Below are positions 26,251 through 40,296 of a stretch of DNA of 64,000 nt, piece after piece. The notes below the pieces were generated by a model. The model worked only from the letters and a program-made list of their open reading frames with translations, was not told the DNA's origin and searched no databases. The DNA is from Octopus vulgaris (lineage: Eukaryota). The translations under genes and the position numbers were made by a program. Each line of letters starts with the position of its first letter. Position 1 is the first letter of the stretch. The DNA lies in the NCBI GenBank assembly GCA_951406725.2, contig OX597828.1:57846001-57910000 (forward strand), written 5' to 3'.

Positions 26251-28104
26251 ATCTTGAGCTTATATGTTTCTCCTATGTTGCAAATGCACTTGAGAGTACA
26301 GCTAGTTTCTCAAAAGAGACATCTGTTACTGAATCTTCATTATCTTTTAAATTGTCCTTTTCGAAACAAAGAAAAATTGTGCAAGGTGTTGTGTCTTTGC
26401 AAATACAGTAGCATTTTTTTACTTCTTTCTTTGGAAATTTTTCTGGAAGCAGCTGAATATTGTGTGGTATACAGTATATTCTGTGTGGCAATATAATCTG
26501 AAAAAAAAGCAAAAAGAAAAAGAAAATCAAGAGAAACAAATGACAACGGCCATGGAGACTCACTTTGTTTAAACCAATTACAGGCATACTAAGTACTAAG
26601 CTAGACTCTTTACACATACTTCTATCATTTTTACAGCTGGGACAGATAAGTAGGCCTGCAGCCAATTTAAATCAAGTGTTAATGGAAAAGAATTCAAGCA
26701 ATAAAAAGCAAATTGAGGATTGCAAATTAAGGATTGCGTATCCATTAAATTACTTTTCCTCAAAATTACTTTTCACCTTCATGAAGCCAAAGAAACAAAG
26801 GAACGCCATAAACGCTTCAAAAATGATAGGCCTGCAAAGGAACTGTGTATTTCAAGGATCCCTTTAAATTTCAATCATGTAACGATATTTGAGCTTACAG
26901 TTATACTTTTGTTAATAAAAATGGCGTCTGCACATGTAACGGTTCAAATAATTTTGTGAGGGAAGGGTATTTTGTATTGCAATTAAGATGGGTTGTTGTT
27001 AGTGACGTCCTTGTGCTTATTTTTATGTTCAACATTTTTTCGATCTCTTTATTTTTTAATCCACCATTTACGACCAAGAAATTTCAGTCGTAGACATCCG
27101 CATGCAATAACATTTTATGTCTCAACAGAGACACCTGAAAATTTGTGGCCACTGATACATTGAAAAATAAAGTTAAAAAATAGCACCAGCGACAGTGATA
27201 GGTCCTAAACATCACACTCATCTTTGAGAATGTAACACGAATATAACGATTACAAACTGGTAGGCCAGTATCTCAGGAGGCTGGGTAACACATAAACATT
27301 AAAAACGTAGGATTTCGGTGAAATATTTTTCCACCTTTTAGCATAGAAATTTCAAGAGCTTGACGAATTGGAATGACGAAAGATATTGAAAAAAAAATGA
27401 AAAAAAATATATAGTTTGATATGAAAAAATGTTTGAACACATCATATTCTAAAGCTGAAGGAAAACCGATTTTATCTGTAGCATGATGATATGACAAAGA
27501 GATAATTTTATAATTGAGACAATAATTTGAAAATTAAAATTTTGGAAGTCAGACAGTCTTACCTTTTACTCGTAAATTTTACCAGCGTACGAAAAGACTT
27601 CTATGTGATGAAGTTTAGAGAGTGGCAACAATATATGTGACCATGTGTGTGTGTGTATGTGTGTGTGTGTGTGTGTGTATGTGTGTGTTTTAATCGCAAG
27701 AACAAACGTCTGAAATCTATTTATATAAACAGATAAATACATAGAAGTACTGACTAGGTTTTAGAAAGCTTTCGTTTGTGTTACTCTGGTTTTCCATTGT
27801 TATTTTTTCCCATTTATCCGTTATTTTATTCCAAAGGGATTGAAAAACTGATTTTGGAGAATTGCGTTGTAGATTTTGAAGGTTAAGTAACTGCTTTAGC
27901 TAAAGTGGAGAAAATGTATTTTAAAGGATATTTCTTTAAGCAGAACTTTTAAGAATTAGGGGATGGCTCTCTTCCTGTAAGGTTGCTAGTATGGGGGAGA
28001 CTCTCAGGGCAGAAGGCCCACAAACCATGGTAGGGGGCCCCCACTATTAGGGGGAATGGGGCAGGTGCGCTTTTTGCCTCCCTAGAAATCAGACTCTGTG
28101 TGTT

Positions 28105-28199
<95 letters not shown>

Positions 28200-28375
28200 T
28201 TGTGTGGATTCTCAACAAAGCATCTATTGTAGATGTATTCTGATTTAAGAACAAACGACATGCAGATTGAAGACCATATAGAAATTGAAATAGGAGGCGG
28301 TGCTCCAGCATGGCCACAGTCAAAATGACTGAAACAAGCAAAAGAGTAAAAGAGTAAAAGTAAAGAGTAGAAGAC

Positions 28376-28565
28376 ATGGACGAATCTGGAATACTATATC
28401 TGCTTCGTTTCCAAATCAGGGTCACGGAGGAGAGCTCTATCAATACTAACTTTTACAGGAAAGCTATCACTAGGGACCTCTTCTTACACAACGAGTCATC
28501 CCTACCACCAGAGCCAAATTCGCAAACGTGTAAAAGGAAATCACACGCAAAAGCGACAGATGCAG
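28376..28565 (+). pseudogene. Penelope-like element RT C-terminal (thumb) fragment
   Basis: SSINTNFYRKAITRDLFLHNESSLPP matches the PLE pattern T.(F/Y)RK.T....LH..S.(H)P. Confidence 0.7.
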
Positions 28566-28616
<51 letters not shown>

Positions 28617-28632
28617 TACATACATACATACA

Positions 28633-30240
28633 TCCGATTCAAAATTTTAGTTCATCACAAAACCTCGCTAAGCTAAGTATATATATATTTATATTTAAGA
28701 TCTTTGAATTTTAATATTTTATAAGTCTTATGGTGTAATAATGTTTTTTATGTAAATATCGTTGTTTACGTAATGATCTAACTATCGTAATTTTCTATAT
28801 AATTATTAGATATTAACTTTAAGTTTATTCGTAAGAATTTACTTAGCGATAGATACGTTGTTTGATAGCAAGTATACGAGTTGTTTGAAGTTAGGTTTAA
28901 TAAATCTTATAGTATAGAGTGATTCTATTCTTTATCTGTAACTTCATTCTATTTACATTTATTGATAAACCATAACTGTTCCCATTCACAATCTACATTG
29001 ATAAAGCGTATTTGTTACTCACGCTTAATGAATTCTTCAACAATTCATTCTTTTTTTGCTTATAACGTAATTCCACGAGTATTCTTATAAACGCTGTAAA
29101 GACGTTTTCCGATTCAAAATTTTAGTTCATCACAAAACCTCGCTAAGCTAAGTATATATATATTTATATTTAAGATCAATGAATTTTAATATTTTATAAG
29201 TCTTATGGTGTAATAATATTGTTTTTTATGTTAATATCGTTGTTTATGTAATGATCTAATTATCGTAATTTTCTTTATAATTATTAGATATTAACTTTAA
29301 GTTTATTCGTAAGAATTTACTTAGCGATAGATTTGTTGTTTGATAGCAAGTATACGAGTTGTTTGAAGTTAGGTTTATGTATATACATGCATTAATAGCA
29401 TTAATTGTAGTTTTAAATTTCTTATAATTATTATTTTAACTTATCTATTGTCTTTTTAAATTGATATTTGCTAGATTTATTATTCCCATTGATAAATATA
29501 TTTATAGTATTTATTTGATACTATATAACTACGAATTGATTATTTCTTTAAGTATTTTAAATATAAAATTTCTGAAAGTTATTATTTAGCCAACGAGATA
29601 TAAAGATAGTTAATTTGATATAGCGTTCGTTTACGATTGTTTGTTTGTTTTTTTTTAAATTAGCTATTTCATCTTTAAATATGAAGAATTAATTTATTAG
29701 GTCTTTATTATATGTGCATATATATATTTATAGAGATCATTTTAGATCTTAATTATAATACTTATATACATTTATATATTTTCATTGATAATTTATATAT
29801 TATTTGAATTTTATATTTTTAATAATATAATAGTTTTTTTTGTAAACTATTTATGTAATTAGATATTGACTATTACTGATATTAGATTATTGGAGGGTTT
29901 CTTGCCTTAAAAATTAATACTTAAAAATTAAAATTAATATTTAACATTATAATTGATGTTTTGATTTAATCATAATCGTTATGTTTCTAGTTTGATAATA
30001 GAGTTTTTTATAAGTAAAATTTTTATATTATTTATTTCTTTAAAATATTGTTTAAATATTTCTGTTTACTTATTAAAATATTACAATTAACCTGAAGATT
30101 GACTGTAACCATAATTCGAATTCTTAATTGAATTTAAATTATTGTTATTCGAATTGGTTACGGGCATGTAACGATCGTAGTGTTTTTACTATTTATCTTA
30201 TATTAAACTTTTAATACTTTTTGATAGTTATATAATTTAC
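28633..30240 (+). mobile_element. Very AT-rich Penelope-like 3' region with a ~267-bp direct repeat and a terminal degenerate HHR
   Basis: 28633-28899 is repeated at 29108-29377. HHR-like CTGAAGA (30092), long stem II tgactgtaacc/ggttacgggca, G[T]AA-cgatcg-TA; A-rich tail after 30240. Confidence 0.55.
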
Positions 30241-30278
30241 AAAAAAAAAAAAAAAAATAAATAAAATAAAATAATAAG

Positions 30279-30314
<36 letters not shown>

Positions 30315-30797
30315 TTTTTTTTAAATATATATATATATTTAAAATTTATAAGTTTAAATTATTTAAATAATTTTTAAAATTTTGAATTTAATTTAAATAT
30401 TTTAATTTGGAATTTTATATTTTACATATTTTATATTTATATTTTATATTTTTTAATTAATTTTTTCTATGTATTGGCTTATGATTTTCAGTTTGATTTG
30501 CCTAATAGTGGTTTTATATCTAATTTAATATATATATATATATATATACATTGATGTGTGTGTTTTTGTGTCTGTGTTTTGTGCCTCCCCATCACTTAGA
30601 AACCGTTGTTGGTGTGTTGCGTCCCCGTAACTTAGCGGTTCAACAAAAGCTATTGATAGAATAAGCACCAGGCTTACAAAGAATAAGACGGTACTCCAGC
30701 ATGGCAACATTCAAATGACTGTAACAAGTAACAGAGTAAAAGAGTGCTATATATGTATATAATATATATATATATATATATTATATACATATATATC

Positions 30798-30878
30798 ATA
30801 GCCTCAGGCCAACCAAAGCCTTGTGAGTGGATTTCGTACACGGAAACTGAAAAAAGACTGTCGTATATATGTTTATAC

Positions 30879-30954
<76 letters not shown>

Positions 30955-31180
30955 ATGTCTGTATGTCTGTGTGTCTGTGTTTGTACCTCCACCATTGCTT
31001 GACAACCGATATTGCTGTGTTTACGTTCCCATAAATTAGCAGTTTCGGCAAAAGACATTGACAGAATAAGTACTAGACTTACAATGAATATATCCTGTTG
31101 TCAATTTGTTCGACCAATGGCTGTGCTTCAGCATGGCTGCAGTCACATGAGTGAAACAAATAAAACTATAAAACAATAAA
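30798..31180 (+). mobile_element. SINE family 2 (internal GT microsatellite), partial
   Basis: ATAGCCTC.GGCC.ACCAAAGCCTTGTGAGTGGATTT..GGAAACTGAAA, and a 3' part ending CAGCATGG..GCAGTCA.ATGA.TGAAACAA. Other copies at ~30560, 34230, 39360, 44540, 47270, 52575 and 62550. Confidence 0.75.
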
Positions 31181-32460
31181 AAAATTATGCCATTTTAATC
31201 CCGAGCAAGGCCAGATATATATAGATATATACATATATATACAAACATAACTAAGTGCCCACTCGGTGCGCTACAATTTTACCGTTGATGTTTCAGCTAT
31301 TATAGTTAATTAGATGAAACTCCCACCGCGTCGGGGTCCAGTGCAGTCTCAGAATGGTTGTAACGTAATATAAGACGCACGTCAATAATGAGAGAAAATA
31401 ATCCGTGCTTGAACTCTGTATTCCTTTATGTCATCTTTGTCATATGTTTCTATATCCGGTAGCATATACTTCTAGTTTTCATCCGGTTTTGTCCGATAGA
31501 ATTACAGATCAATAGCGCAGCAGGATTTGCTATATTTAGTTACGGTCGTTATGATTCCGGGCTTAAAATCCTTCCAAGGTTAACGATTTTGACATCCGTC
31601 TCTTCGGAATTAAGAAAACACAAACGAGTAACTTTCATTTGTTTTGCATCGATCTACAAGATATAACAGCCAAATCTCTCTCAAATCAAAATTTCTTCAT
31701 AAATAAAGCATATGCATTGAATAATTCTCTCATTTATAAATAAACATTTCATATTCTCTGATGAAGGTTTTTCATAGTGGACATCATCGGTCATCGAAAC
31801 CTTAACCTCAACTGTAACTAATAATAACAACACATTGACTTATTTCTTTTAAATACTTGAAAATCTCATCTCAAATTTCACTTCATTTCCTTCGCGTAAT
31901 TTAAAGCTGTCATCTTGTGAAAAATACTTGAAACGAGTCCTTTTCACAAACTTCTTTATTTCGTAGTCAGATTTATTTTTATGGATCTTAAAAATAAATT
32001 TTTATCTCCTCTCACCATTCCTTCATTATTCTTCTGCTTTCTCAGCTTTCCGATTTGTGTCAAAATCAATTGGTAATTTTCTCGAGATAACCTCTTTTAT
32101 ATTGTTGCTGAAAGGCAATCAGAGATGAGCAGAATGCAAACTATTTCTGTATTTGCCCGATATTATTGATATGACAAACCTGAAATCTTGTTGATTACAG
32201 GATAACTAAGTTTTTTATATCGTTGCAATTATTCTCTTCTGTTTATCCCATTACAAACAATCCTATTTTATATTACAAAGGATTTTCTTGCTTTCATCTT
32301 TTCTCATTCATTTTAAAATCTTTCAGCAGGCATCCATTTTATTTCATATCAATACACTATTTTAGCAAGCTAAAAACAAGTTTTAAAATATTTTTCTTTT
32401 TTTTCTCTTCCAACGTCCCACTCTCTCACTTCATATATAAATATATGTATGTATGTATCT

Positions 32461-32584
<124 letters not shown>

Positions 32585-32868
32585 ACTACTTGTTACAGTG
32601 ACAAACTTCGTTAAAATAAAAGCTATTACTTATATAATAATCTTAGAAAAACTGAATGCGACGAACCTTTTGGAAGCAAGTTCTTGTATAGTGTGTATAA
32701 GAACTTAAAAATTTTAAGACCGAAGTCCTTACACTCACAATACAAAAACTCCCTACCAAAATGTTTGTACTATTCTGTTTTTATTTTCAAAATTTACATC
32801 GTTAACTTAATTTAAACGAATCATTCTTCACACACACTCACACTTATGTATGTGTGTATATATATATA

Positions 32869-33383
32869 TAAACAACTTATAAATAAGGGCAGACGAAAAT
32901 ATTTCTAATGCCAAATATGCCGAAATTAGACACCCTGTCCATAACCATATTATTTTTTCACAATACGCACGCTACTTAAAAAAGGTTGACAGAAACTTCT
33001 AAAAAATTCCATTATTACCACATCGGACCGATTACAGGGTTAGTTCATCAGAACCCCCCCCCTTCGTCAGTGATAAATGTGGCAAAGAAATAAATGAAAT
33101 ACCTACTCGTACCCATGGAAGAAGTAAACACTAAGTCATGAGCACAATTAAGTACCCCAAATACATCCAAAATAGAAGTTCACTGACAAAGGGAGGGTTC
33201 TGATGAACTAACCCTGAAATCGGTCCGATATGGTAATAATGGAATGGTTTAGAAATTTCTGTCGACCTTTTTTGAGTAGCGTGCATATTGTGAAAAAATT
33301 ATATGGTTATGGACAGGGTGTCTAATTTCGGCATATTTGGCATCAGAAATTTTTTCGTTTGCCCTTATTTATAAGTTGTTTAT
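32869..33383. mobile_element. Inverted pair of ~200-bp Penelope pLTR-like arms, each with an HHR motif
   Basis: Arms 32869-33072 and 33180-33383, spacer ~107 bp. Inferred consensus CTGACGA-aggg...ccct-GAAA-tcgg-TC. Confidence 0.75.
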
Positions 33384-33503
33384 AATTTTAACCTTTAAAG
33401 GTATTTTTTAATATGCTGATCATTAATAAAATTTTTTATAGAAAAAAATTTTATCCAAGATTAAATATAAATAAAAAAAAAAGTATATATATATATTAAT
33501 AGT

Positions 33504-33727
33504 TATTGCCAAGCTAATATGGCAGTCCAGAAATATAGGACGAATGCTGCCGTTGATTAGTTCCAAGAGGCCATCGCCGATAGCTAGCTATGTGACACAC
33601 GAACCTGTGTCCATTATAACCTTCGAACAGGGGAGGTCGGCCGCTTCACCTTGCTGGTCAGGCATCTGCAGACTAGTTTCAGGGTATTTGTCCCTTATCA
33701 ATGTAGAGTAGCCGAACCCAGCAGGTT
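33504..33727 (-). mobile_element. Second retrozyme-like family fragment (degenerate HHR plus shared structured domain)
   Basis: Reverse complement tctaca-TTGATAA-ggg(acaaata)ccc-t-GAAA-ctag-TC-tgcaga at 33665-33707. Downstream motifs are collinear with 20850-20975. Confidence 0.7.
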
Positions 33728-34537
33728 ATATATATATATATATATATATATACGGATTAGATGTGTACAGTGAACAAATATAAACTTCTTACCAATTCAA
33801 ACATCCTTTAAGCATATTGAAACCCGTATGAAAGCTATTCACTGTATTTTTCGCTGTATTTTGTCATGGAGAAAAGGTTTTACTGTAGACAAGTAGGTGT
33901 AAACATACAAAGTGAGTTCGAAGCTTTCTCTACCCAGACTGATGCGTTTCAGATTAGTTATCTTCTCTTCTGCGTCAAGAAAACTAGAGACGGATATTCT
34001 GTATCTGAACACTAGGATTGTTCCCTGTATTCAATCGATTGCTAATTTACCAACGTCTTTCGAAGAAAACCCAAAAGAAACACATTATCCATGATTTTGC
34101 TCCTGTTCATAAGTCACAGGCAATGTGATACTCATGATTTCTAAAAAAACGAATAGAAGAGTGCTGTACAGCGTAAACAATGACAAGAAATTTCATGAAC
34201 TCCATCTTCTGCGAGAAAAAAACTAATAGAAGCTTGCTTCCCTACCACATGGTTCTGGGTTCAGTCACACTGCGTGACACCTTGGGCAGGCACCACCAAA
34301 GCCTTGTGAGTGGATCTGGTAGACAGAAACTTAAAAGAAGCTCGCTATGTGTGTGTGTGTGTGTGTGTGTGTGTCATCACCAGTTGAGAAGCAGTTTTGT
34401 GTGAATTTAAAACAACCTAGATTTTTTTTGATTATTTAATTTTTTTCACTATAATTATTGAGGTTGTCCGGCAGCCGTTTTGTGACATGACCGTTTAAGT
34501 TTAAATGGTTGCTTTGATATTAGATTTATTTATGTTT

Positions 34538-34768
34538 AAGTCCAAGGTTAGAAATCCAAGGTTCGAAAACCGAATTCGTGAAGCCAGATTTTATGAAATC
34601 CAAATTTTCGGAAACCATATATATTTTTTCTTTTGTAAACCAAATTTGTGAGGCTAGGTTTTGTATGAGGTCAATTTTGGTGGAACCAAAATTTGTGAAT
34701 CCAGAGTTACGAATCGAAGTTTGTGAAATCAAGTTGAAGCCGAGTTTCAGAGTCCGAATTTCTGAACT
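34538..34768. repeat. Degenerate ~14-16-bp minisatellite
   Basis: Periodic units such as aaatccaaggttcg, aagccagattttatg, aaaccaaatttgtg and aatcgaagtttgtg. Confidence 0.6.
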
Positions 34769-34984
34769 ATATATATATATATATTGCCTTTATAAATATT
34801 TTGACTGCACATGTAGTGTAGCATTAATTTATTTTTGCTCGTATATATTTGTTTTGTATCTAGGCTGGGTTTTTTTGCTGACACTTAATTGTTAATAATA
34901 TTTTACAAAACTTCATGGTGTGTTATTGTTTTGGGTTCATCTCATCCATCCTTGCTGCTTGTGTAAATTCGGGTTATAACCACC

Positions 34985-35065
<81 letters not shown>

Positions 35066-36210
35066 GTGTGTATGTGAGTGTTTGCGTGTGTTTACTTACG
35101 AATGTAAATATGTCTACATATATTCCTGAGGAAGTAGATGTATTCATATATATATATATATATATATATACATACATACATACACATATATATAGTGTGA
35201 GAGAGAAAGAGAGAAATATTTCTTAGAGTAATTATATAAAATGTTTTGCAATATTAGTCTTTATTTTCCTTTTTAATCATCGCCACTCCATTTTTTTTAC
35301 TACAATTATTGTTATAGATTCTCTAAATATCCAGCATTTTTTAGAAACATCCCAATGTAGCTTCGGCAGATGTTGGCGTGGGGGTGGGAATGAATAAAAA
35401 TTAATCAACATCGTAAAATACGAAGAAGCAATACGTAAGTTTTGTAAACATATGAAACTCTTGAATGTCGACGTTTTTAAATTGTATTCTTATCCACCAG
35501 CGATTCTTTTCTCTGCAAAGTTTGGAACTGCTAAATTATATAAAAATGTCCAAACCAAATTTCATAACAGTACATTAGATTACTTTGAAGACACAATTTC
35601 AGCAAATAGTTTCTGTAATATTATTTGCATCAAAATATTTTTGAAATGTGTTTAATACGCAGTTGCTCCCAGGTTTATATGACAGTCGATTTCTGCAGAT
35701 TCACCTACATTCAGTTTGGGTTTTGGACACTTTCTTTAATTTTTGTGTATTATTGAGAAACCACATCGCCTCTTTGTGTCTCCAGCTTTTCTTCTCTTTT
35801 ATCTTTAATTTCATTTTCACTTTTTCGATAATGAAATAAAGTGCACTGTTAAAGTAGTGTAATACACCAGTTTTATTTTTTACATCTTACATATTTTCTA
35901 AATAATAGAGATTCATAAGCCAAACCAAATTGAAATTTTACGACAAAATATGCCAGACAATTCAATGTATATGAAGCAGGTGCTAGACCCATCAGGAGAT
36001 AACATCAGCGTTAGTATAATTGCAGGAACTTCAATAAGTTCAAACATATATCATACAGAATTGCACGCTGGAAAAACCTTTTAATCTGGATTAGTTTTCA
36101 GCAGAGGTGAAGATGAAACAACAAAACATCTAAACACAAACAAAATCAGTATTGTGTCTTCAAAAGCAGTTGAAGAATTGGATTAGTTGTCAAAGAAAGT
36201 GGGGTAACGT

Positions 36211-36612
<402 letters not shown>

Positions 36613-38139
36613 GATGTAGGGTTGGAACCGTCCAACACATCCCAGGATGATGGCAGAGAGGAGGCGAACATATAAAGATTATTTTCAGATTTTATAATCC
36701 TATGTTTGCTGGCTCAATGATTGTATTTTTCATCCCAAATCTCATTAATGTTTGGAATTTGTTTGGTTTCCTTTATAAATAATATAACCTGTAACCTTAC
36801 CTCGAATTACTGGATTTAGTTTTACGTTGTAATTCATAAAACCAGTCTGCTGTGTAAACCCGGCGATATCTGCATTTCGTGAAGGATGGATTTTTGCTAA
36901 CTATCCAAGAGAGATATCATATGGAAAACTTTAATTTGTTGTCAGATGTTAGTACCATTCCTTTCGTTTTCTTTATGTTAGTCCCATAAAAAAGAAAAAT
37001 GAATTCATCCCAGTAGTGAAACAGCGTATTTGCTTTTTTTCGTTTTAATTCTTTTTTTTTTTCTTTTTTCTAGTCGTATGATTTCTGTGTACACATAATG
37101 CGTTATACATCGAGATGATCTGATTTTGTGAAAGATATATTGCTTGACTATTGACACATCATGTTCCTCGATAAAAAGCTACATTTGAATATATTTGTCC
37201 TACGGATACAAAATTTAAGGAAATTATTAATAAAACCCTTAGGGGATAAATAACCATCAGCTTACGAAAAGATAATTTCCTAATCGAAGAAAATCGATAA
37301 TATAGAAAGAGATAACAAATGACAATTTAAACATTAAAATACTAAAAATCAATGCACGCGCGTCGTCTCAACGGTATTCAACTCACGAAGGTTTGTTTTC
37401 TTGAGCTAAACACTTCGTTTCAAGAACGATCCTGTTTGATGAGTACCATCCGGGTAATGAATGCAGCCCTCTTTTCCACAGACACAAACTAATGCTCTGC
37501 TGGATCAAGGTCAATGGGGCTTAATGGATTTCTCTCTCTCTCTCTCTCTCTGCTTGCAACGAATAGGCACATCAATCAATTATCGTCAGCATAACGCATG
37601 CTCCCATACTCACTCGTCATTGGCGGCTGGTCGTGTTCTACTGTTGTAAAACAAAAATGCTCTGAAAAATATCATAGCTTGAATGATTTTATGAAGTTCA
37701 CCTGAAATGATCAGATTTTCATAAGCCGTGTGAGAAAAAAAAAACGATTTCTATGTCGACTATTGTACATTATTGCACATTTAGTTAATGACATCCTAAT
37801 CCTTTCTTTGACCGGTACAATGAAGCCTACGCTTACCTGATGAGGTCATAAGATGATACTAGTATTATTAATAATACTAGACGGTAGGAAGACATGTGGA
37901 GAACATATTAACCAAAGATAGGGGCAAAAAGAAGAATACGATTATTAATAATCTATAAAAACCAATGTTTAAGGTTGGTGTATACCAGGTTCGATATAAA
38001 TAAAAAGAGATGCTATATTAATAACACTAGACAGTTAGAAACTAGGATGAGAATATATCGAGGTTCACATTAAGACATTAATCACTATAAGGAGGGTATT
38101 TAGTGATTTTGATATGTGTAACAGGTGTGATGTTTATAT

Positions 38140-38586
38140 TCTAAAATAACCAGATAAACGTAATAATCAAGGATTGCAAAAAATATACTTCCTTTCTGAT
38201 AGATATTGCAGTCCCTTCTGACTGGAATATTTCCCCAAAAGAAGTGAAAAAACTGTCAAAGTAGAAAAATCTTGATATTTGAAATATTGAAGATGTGGAG
38301 CATGGAGGTAAAAACAATACCAGTTATAACTAGAGGGTTAGGTATGATAAAAAAAGCGTATGAAGAAAAAGGCAAAGACCATACTTAGATCCACAACACA
38401 CTATCAAAAAATAGCTCTACTAGAAACAGCCTACATCCTACAGAAGACACCATCAACTCAACAGCACAATCCAAATTAAATAATCTACAAACACAAGACG
38501 CATTCTATAGATTAAATATCCAATGAAATACACACACACCACAACATGTACTCTACATGCCAGATACCCAACAGAACACAACTCGC

Positions 38587-38651
<65 letters not shown>
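38140..38651 (+). mobile_element. Dong/R4-clade LINE 3' fragment (REL endonuclease) ending in (AAT)n
   Basis: VIIKDCKKYTSFLIDIAVPSDWNISPKEVKKLSK*K..MWSMEVKTIPVITRGLGMIKK..QKIALLETAYILQK. Confidence 0.8.
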
Positions 38652-38652
<1 letters not shown>

Positions 38653-38865
38653 CTTTTCTACTATAGTCAAAAGGCCTGGAATTTGGGGTAAGGGGACTAG
38701 TCGATTGCATCGGCACCAGTGTATCACTGGTACTTAATTTATCGACCCCGAAAGAATGAAAGGTAAATTCGACCTCTGCGGAATTTGAACTCAGAACGTA
38801 GCGACGGGCGAAATACCGCTAAGCATTTCGTCCAGCGTGCAAATGATTCTACCAGCTCACAGACT
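38652..38865 (-). mobile_element. SINE family 1 variant
   Basis: Core ACTGGTACTTAATTTATCGACCCCGAAAG and GAATTTGAACTCAGAACG. Confidence 0.8.
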
Positions 38866-38885
38866 TATATAATAATAATAATAAA

Positions 38886-38933
<48 letters not shown>

Positions 38934-38989
38934 GCTGTATCCAACGCTATAAATCCTTTCCTTCACTATATACATTCTCTTCTCAACAG

Positions 38990-39119
38990 GTCAGCTAAGG
39001 CTGAAGTATCCGTCAACGTTCTCGAAGCCAACGACTATTCTCCTCAGTTCGAAACGCCACATGTATCGGTATCGATAAGTGAGGCAACAGCTATAGGATC
39101 GAGGGTGACGAAACTACAA
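38990..39119 (+). CDS. Cadherin-repeat gene, exon C (phase 2-0)
   Basis: ttctcaacag|g...caa|gtatgt. (R)SAKAEVSVNVLEANDYSPQFETPHVSVSISEATAIGSRVTKLQ; phase matches exon B. Confidence 0.92.
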
Positions 39120-39779
39120 GTATGTATCCTATACAAATATTGCTATTATTGGCATCCGTAACTGTCGTGTGGTTATATTTTTACAATTTTTAAGCATTAT
39201 CATCACTTTATTTTTATTCTTTGTTTATGCATTTATGTTTGTCTTTCAGTGAAATTATTTCTCTCCTACACTCTTCTACTGTTGCATTTTTACACGTGTT
39301 CCTTCATTATGATCGTCTGTCCAATACAATGACGTTTCTAATGTTCGCTTCTACAGTTCTTAGGTGTGACTGTGTGGTAAGTAGCTTGCATTTCAACCAC
39401 ATAATTTAGGGTTCAATCCCACTGTGCCCCACCTTGGGCAGGTGACTTCTCCTAAAGCCCCGGGCCAACCGATTCTAATGAGTGCATTTAGAGAGATGCA
39501 TACTAATAGAAGCCTGTCGCATATGTGTGTGTGTGTGTTTGTCGACCACTACTGCTGCCTAACACCCGATGTTGGTTTATTTCGTCCCTGTAAGTTAGCG
39601 TTACAGCGATACTGCAAGTAGCAGGTTTAAAAGAAAAAATAAGTAGCTGCATTGATTCGTCCGACTAAAACTCACCAAGAGTAGCTCGACCTTAGAAACT
39701 ATAACTCTGTAAATGCATACGTACATACATTCATACACGCTTACATACATATATGCATACAAACATATTATATATACTC

Positions 39780-39992
39780 TCTCTTTACTCTTTTACTTGT
39801 TTCAATCATTTAACTGCGACCATGCTGGAGCACCGCCTTTAGTCGAGCAAATCGACCCCGGGACTTATTCTTTGTAAGCCTAGAACTTATTCTATCGGAC
39901 TCTTTTGCCGAATTGCTAAGTTACGGGGATGTAAACACACCAGCATCGGTTGTCAAGCAATGTTGGGGGAACAAACACACACACACAAACAT

Positions 39993-40065
<73 letters not shown>

Positions 40066-40220
40066 CGACGGCCTTCTTTGAGTTTCCGTCTACCATAACC
40101 ACTCAGAAGGCTTTTGTCAGCCCCAGGCTATATTAGAAGACAGTTGCCCAAGGTACCATGCAGTGGGACTGAACCCGGAACCATTGGTTCTCCCCTTATC
40201 ACACAGCCACTCCTGCACCT
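39780..40220 (-). mobile_element. SINE family 2, near full length
   Basis: Tail TACTCTTT repeats, CATGCTGGAGCACCGCCTTTAGTCGAGCAAATCGACCCC, internal microsatellite, and head with GGGACTGAACCCGGAACCA. Confidence 0.82.
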
Positions 40221-40296
40221 AATAGAAGCCTGTTGCATATGTGTGTGTATGTGTTTGTCGACACATATATATTTAGTTTATATATATATATATATA

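Noticed and set aside
27950-28098. GC-rich hAT-like terminus that might belong to the 24-26 kb transposase relic
   Set aside because: I found no matching opposite TIR or 8-bp TSD.
31759-31815. CTGATGA followed by an AGGTTT/AAACCT stem
   Set aside because: There is no GAAA after the stem and no stem I or III. It may be a very old HHR relic but cannot be supported.
37837-37885. CTGATGA-GGTCATAAGAT-GATA-CTAGTA
   Set aside because: GAAA is mutated, stem II is incomplete and there is no stem I pairing.
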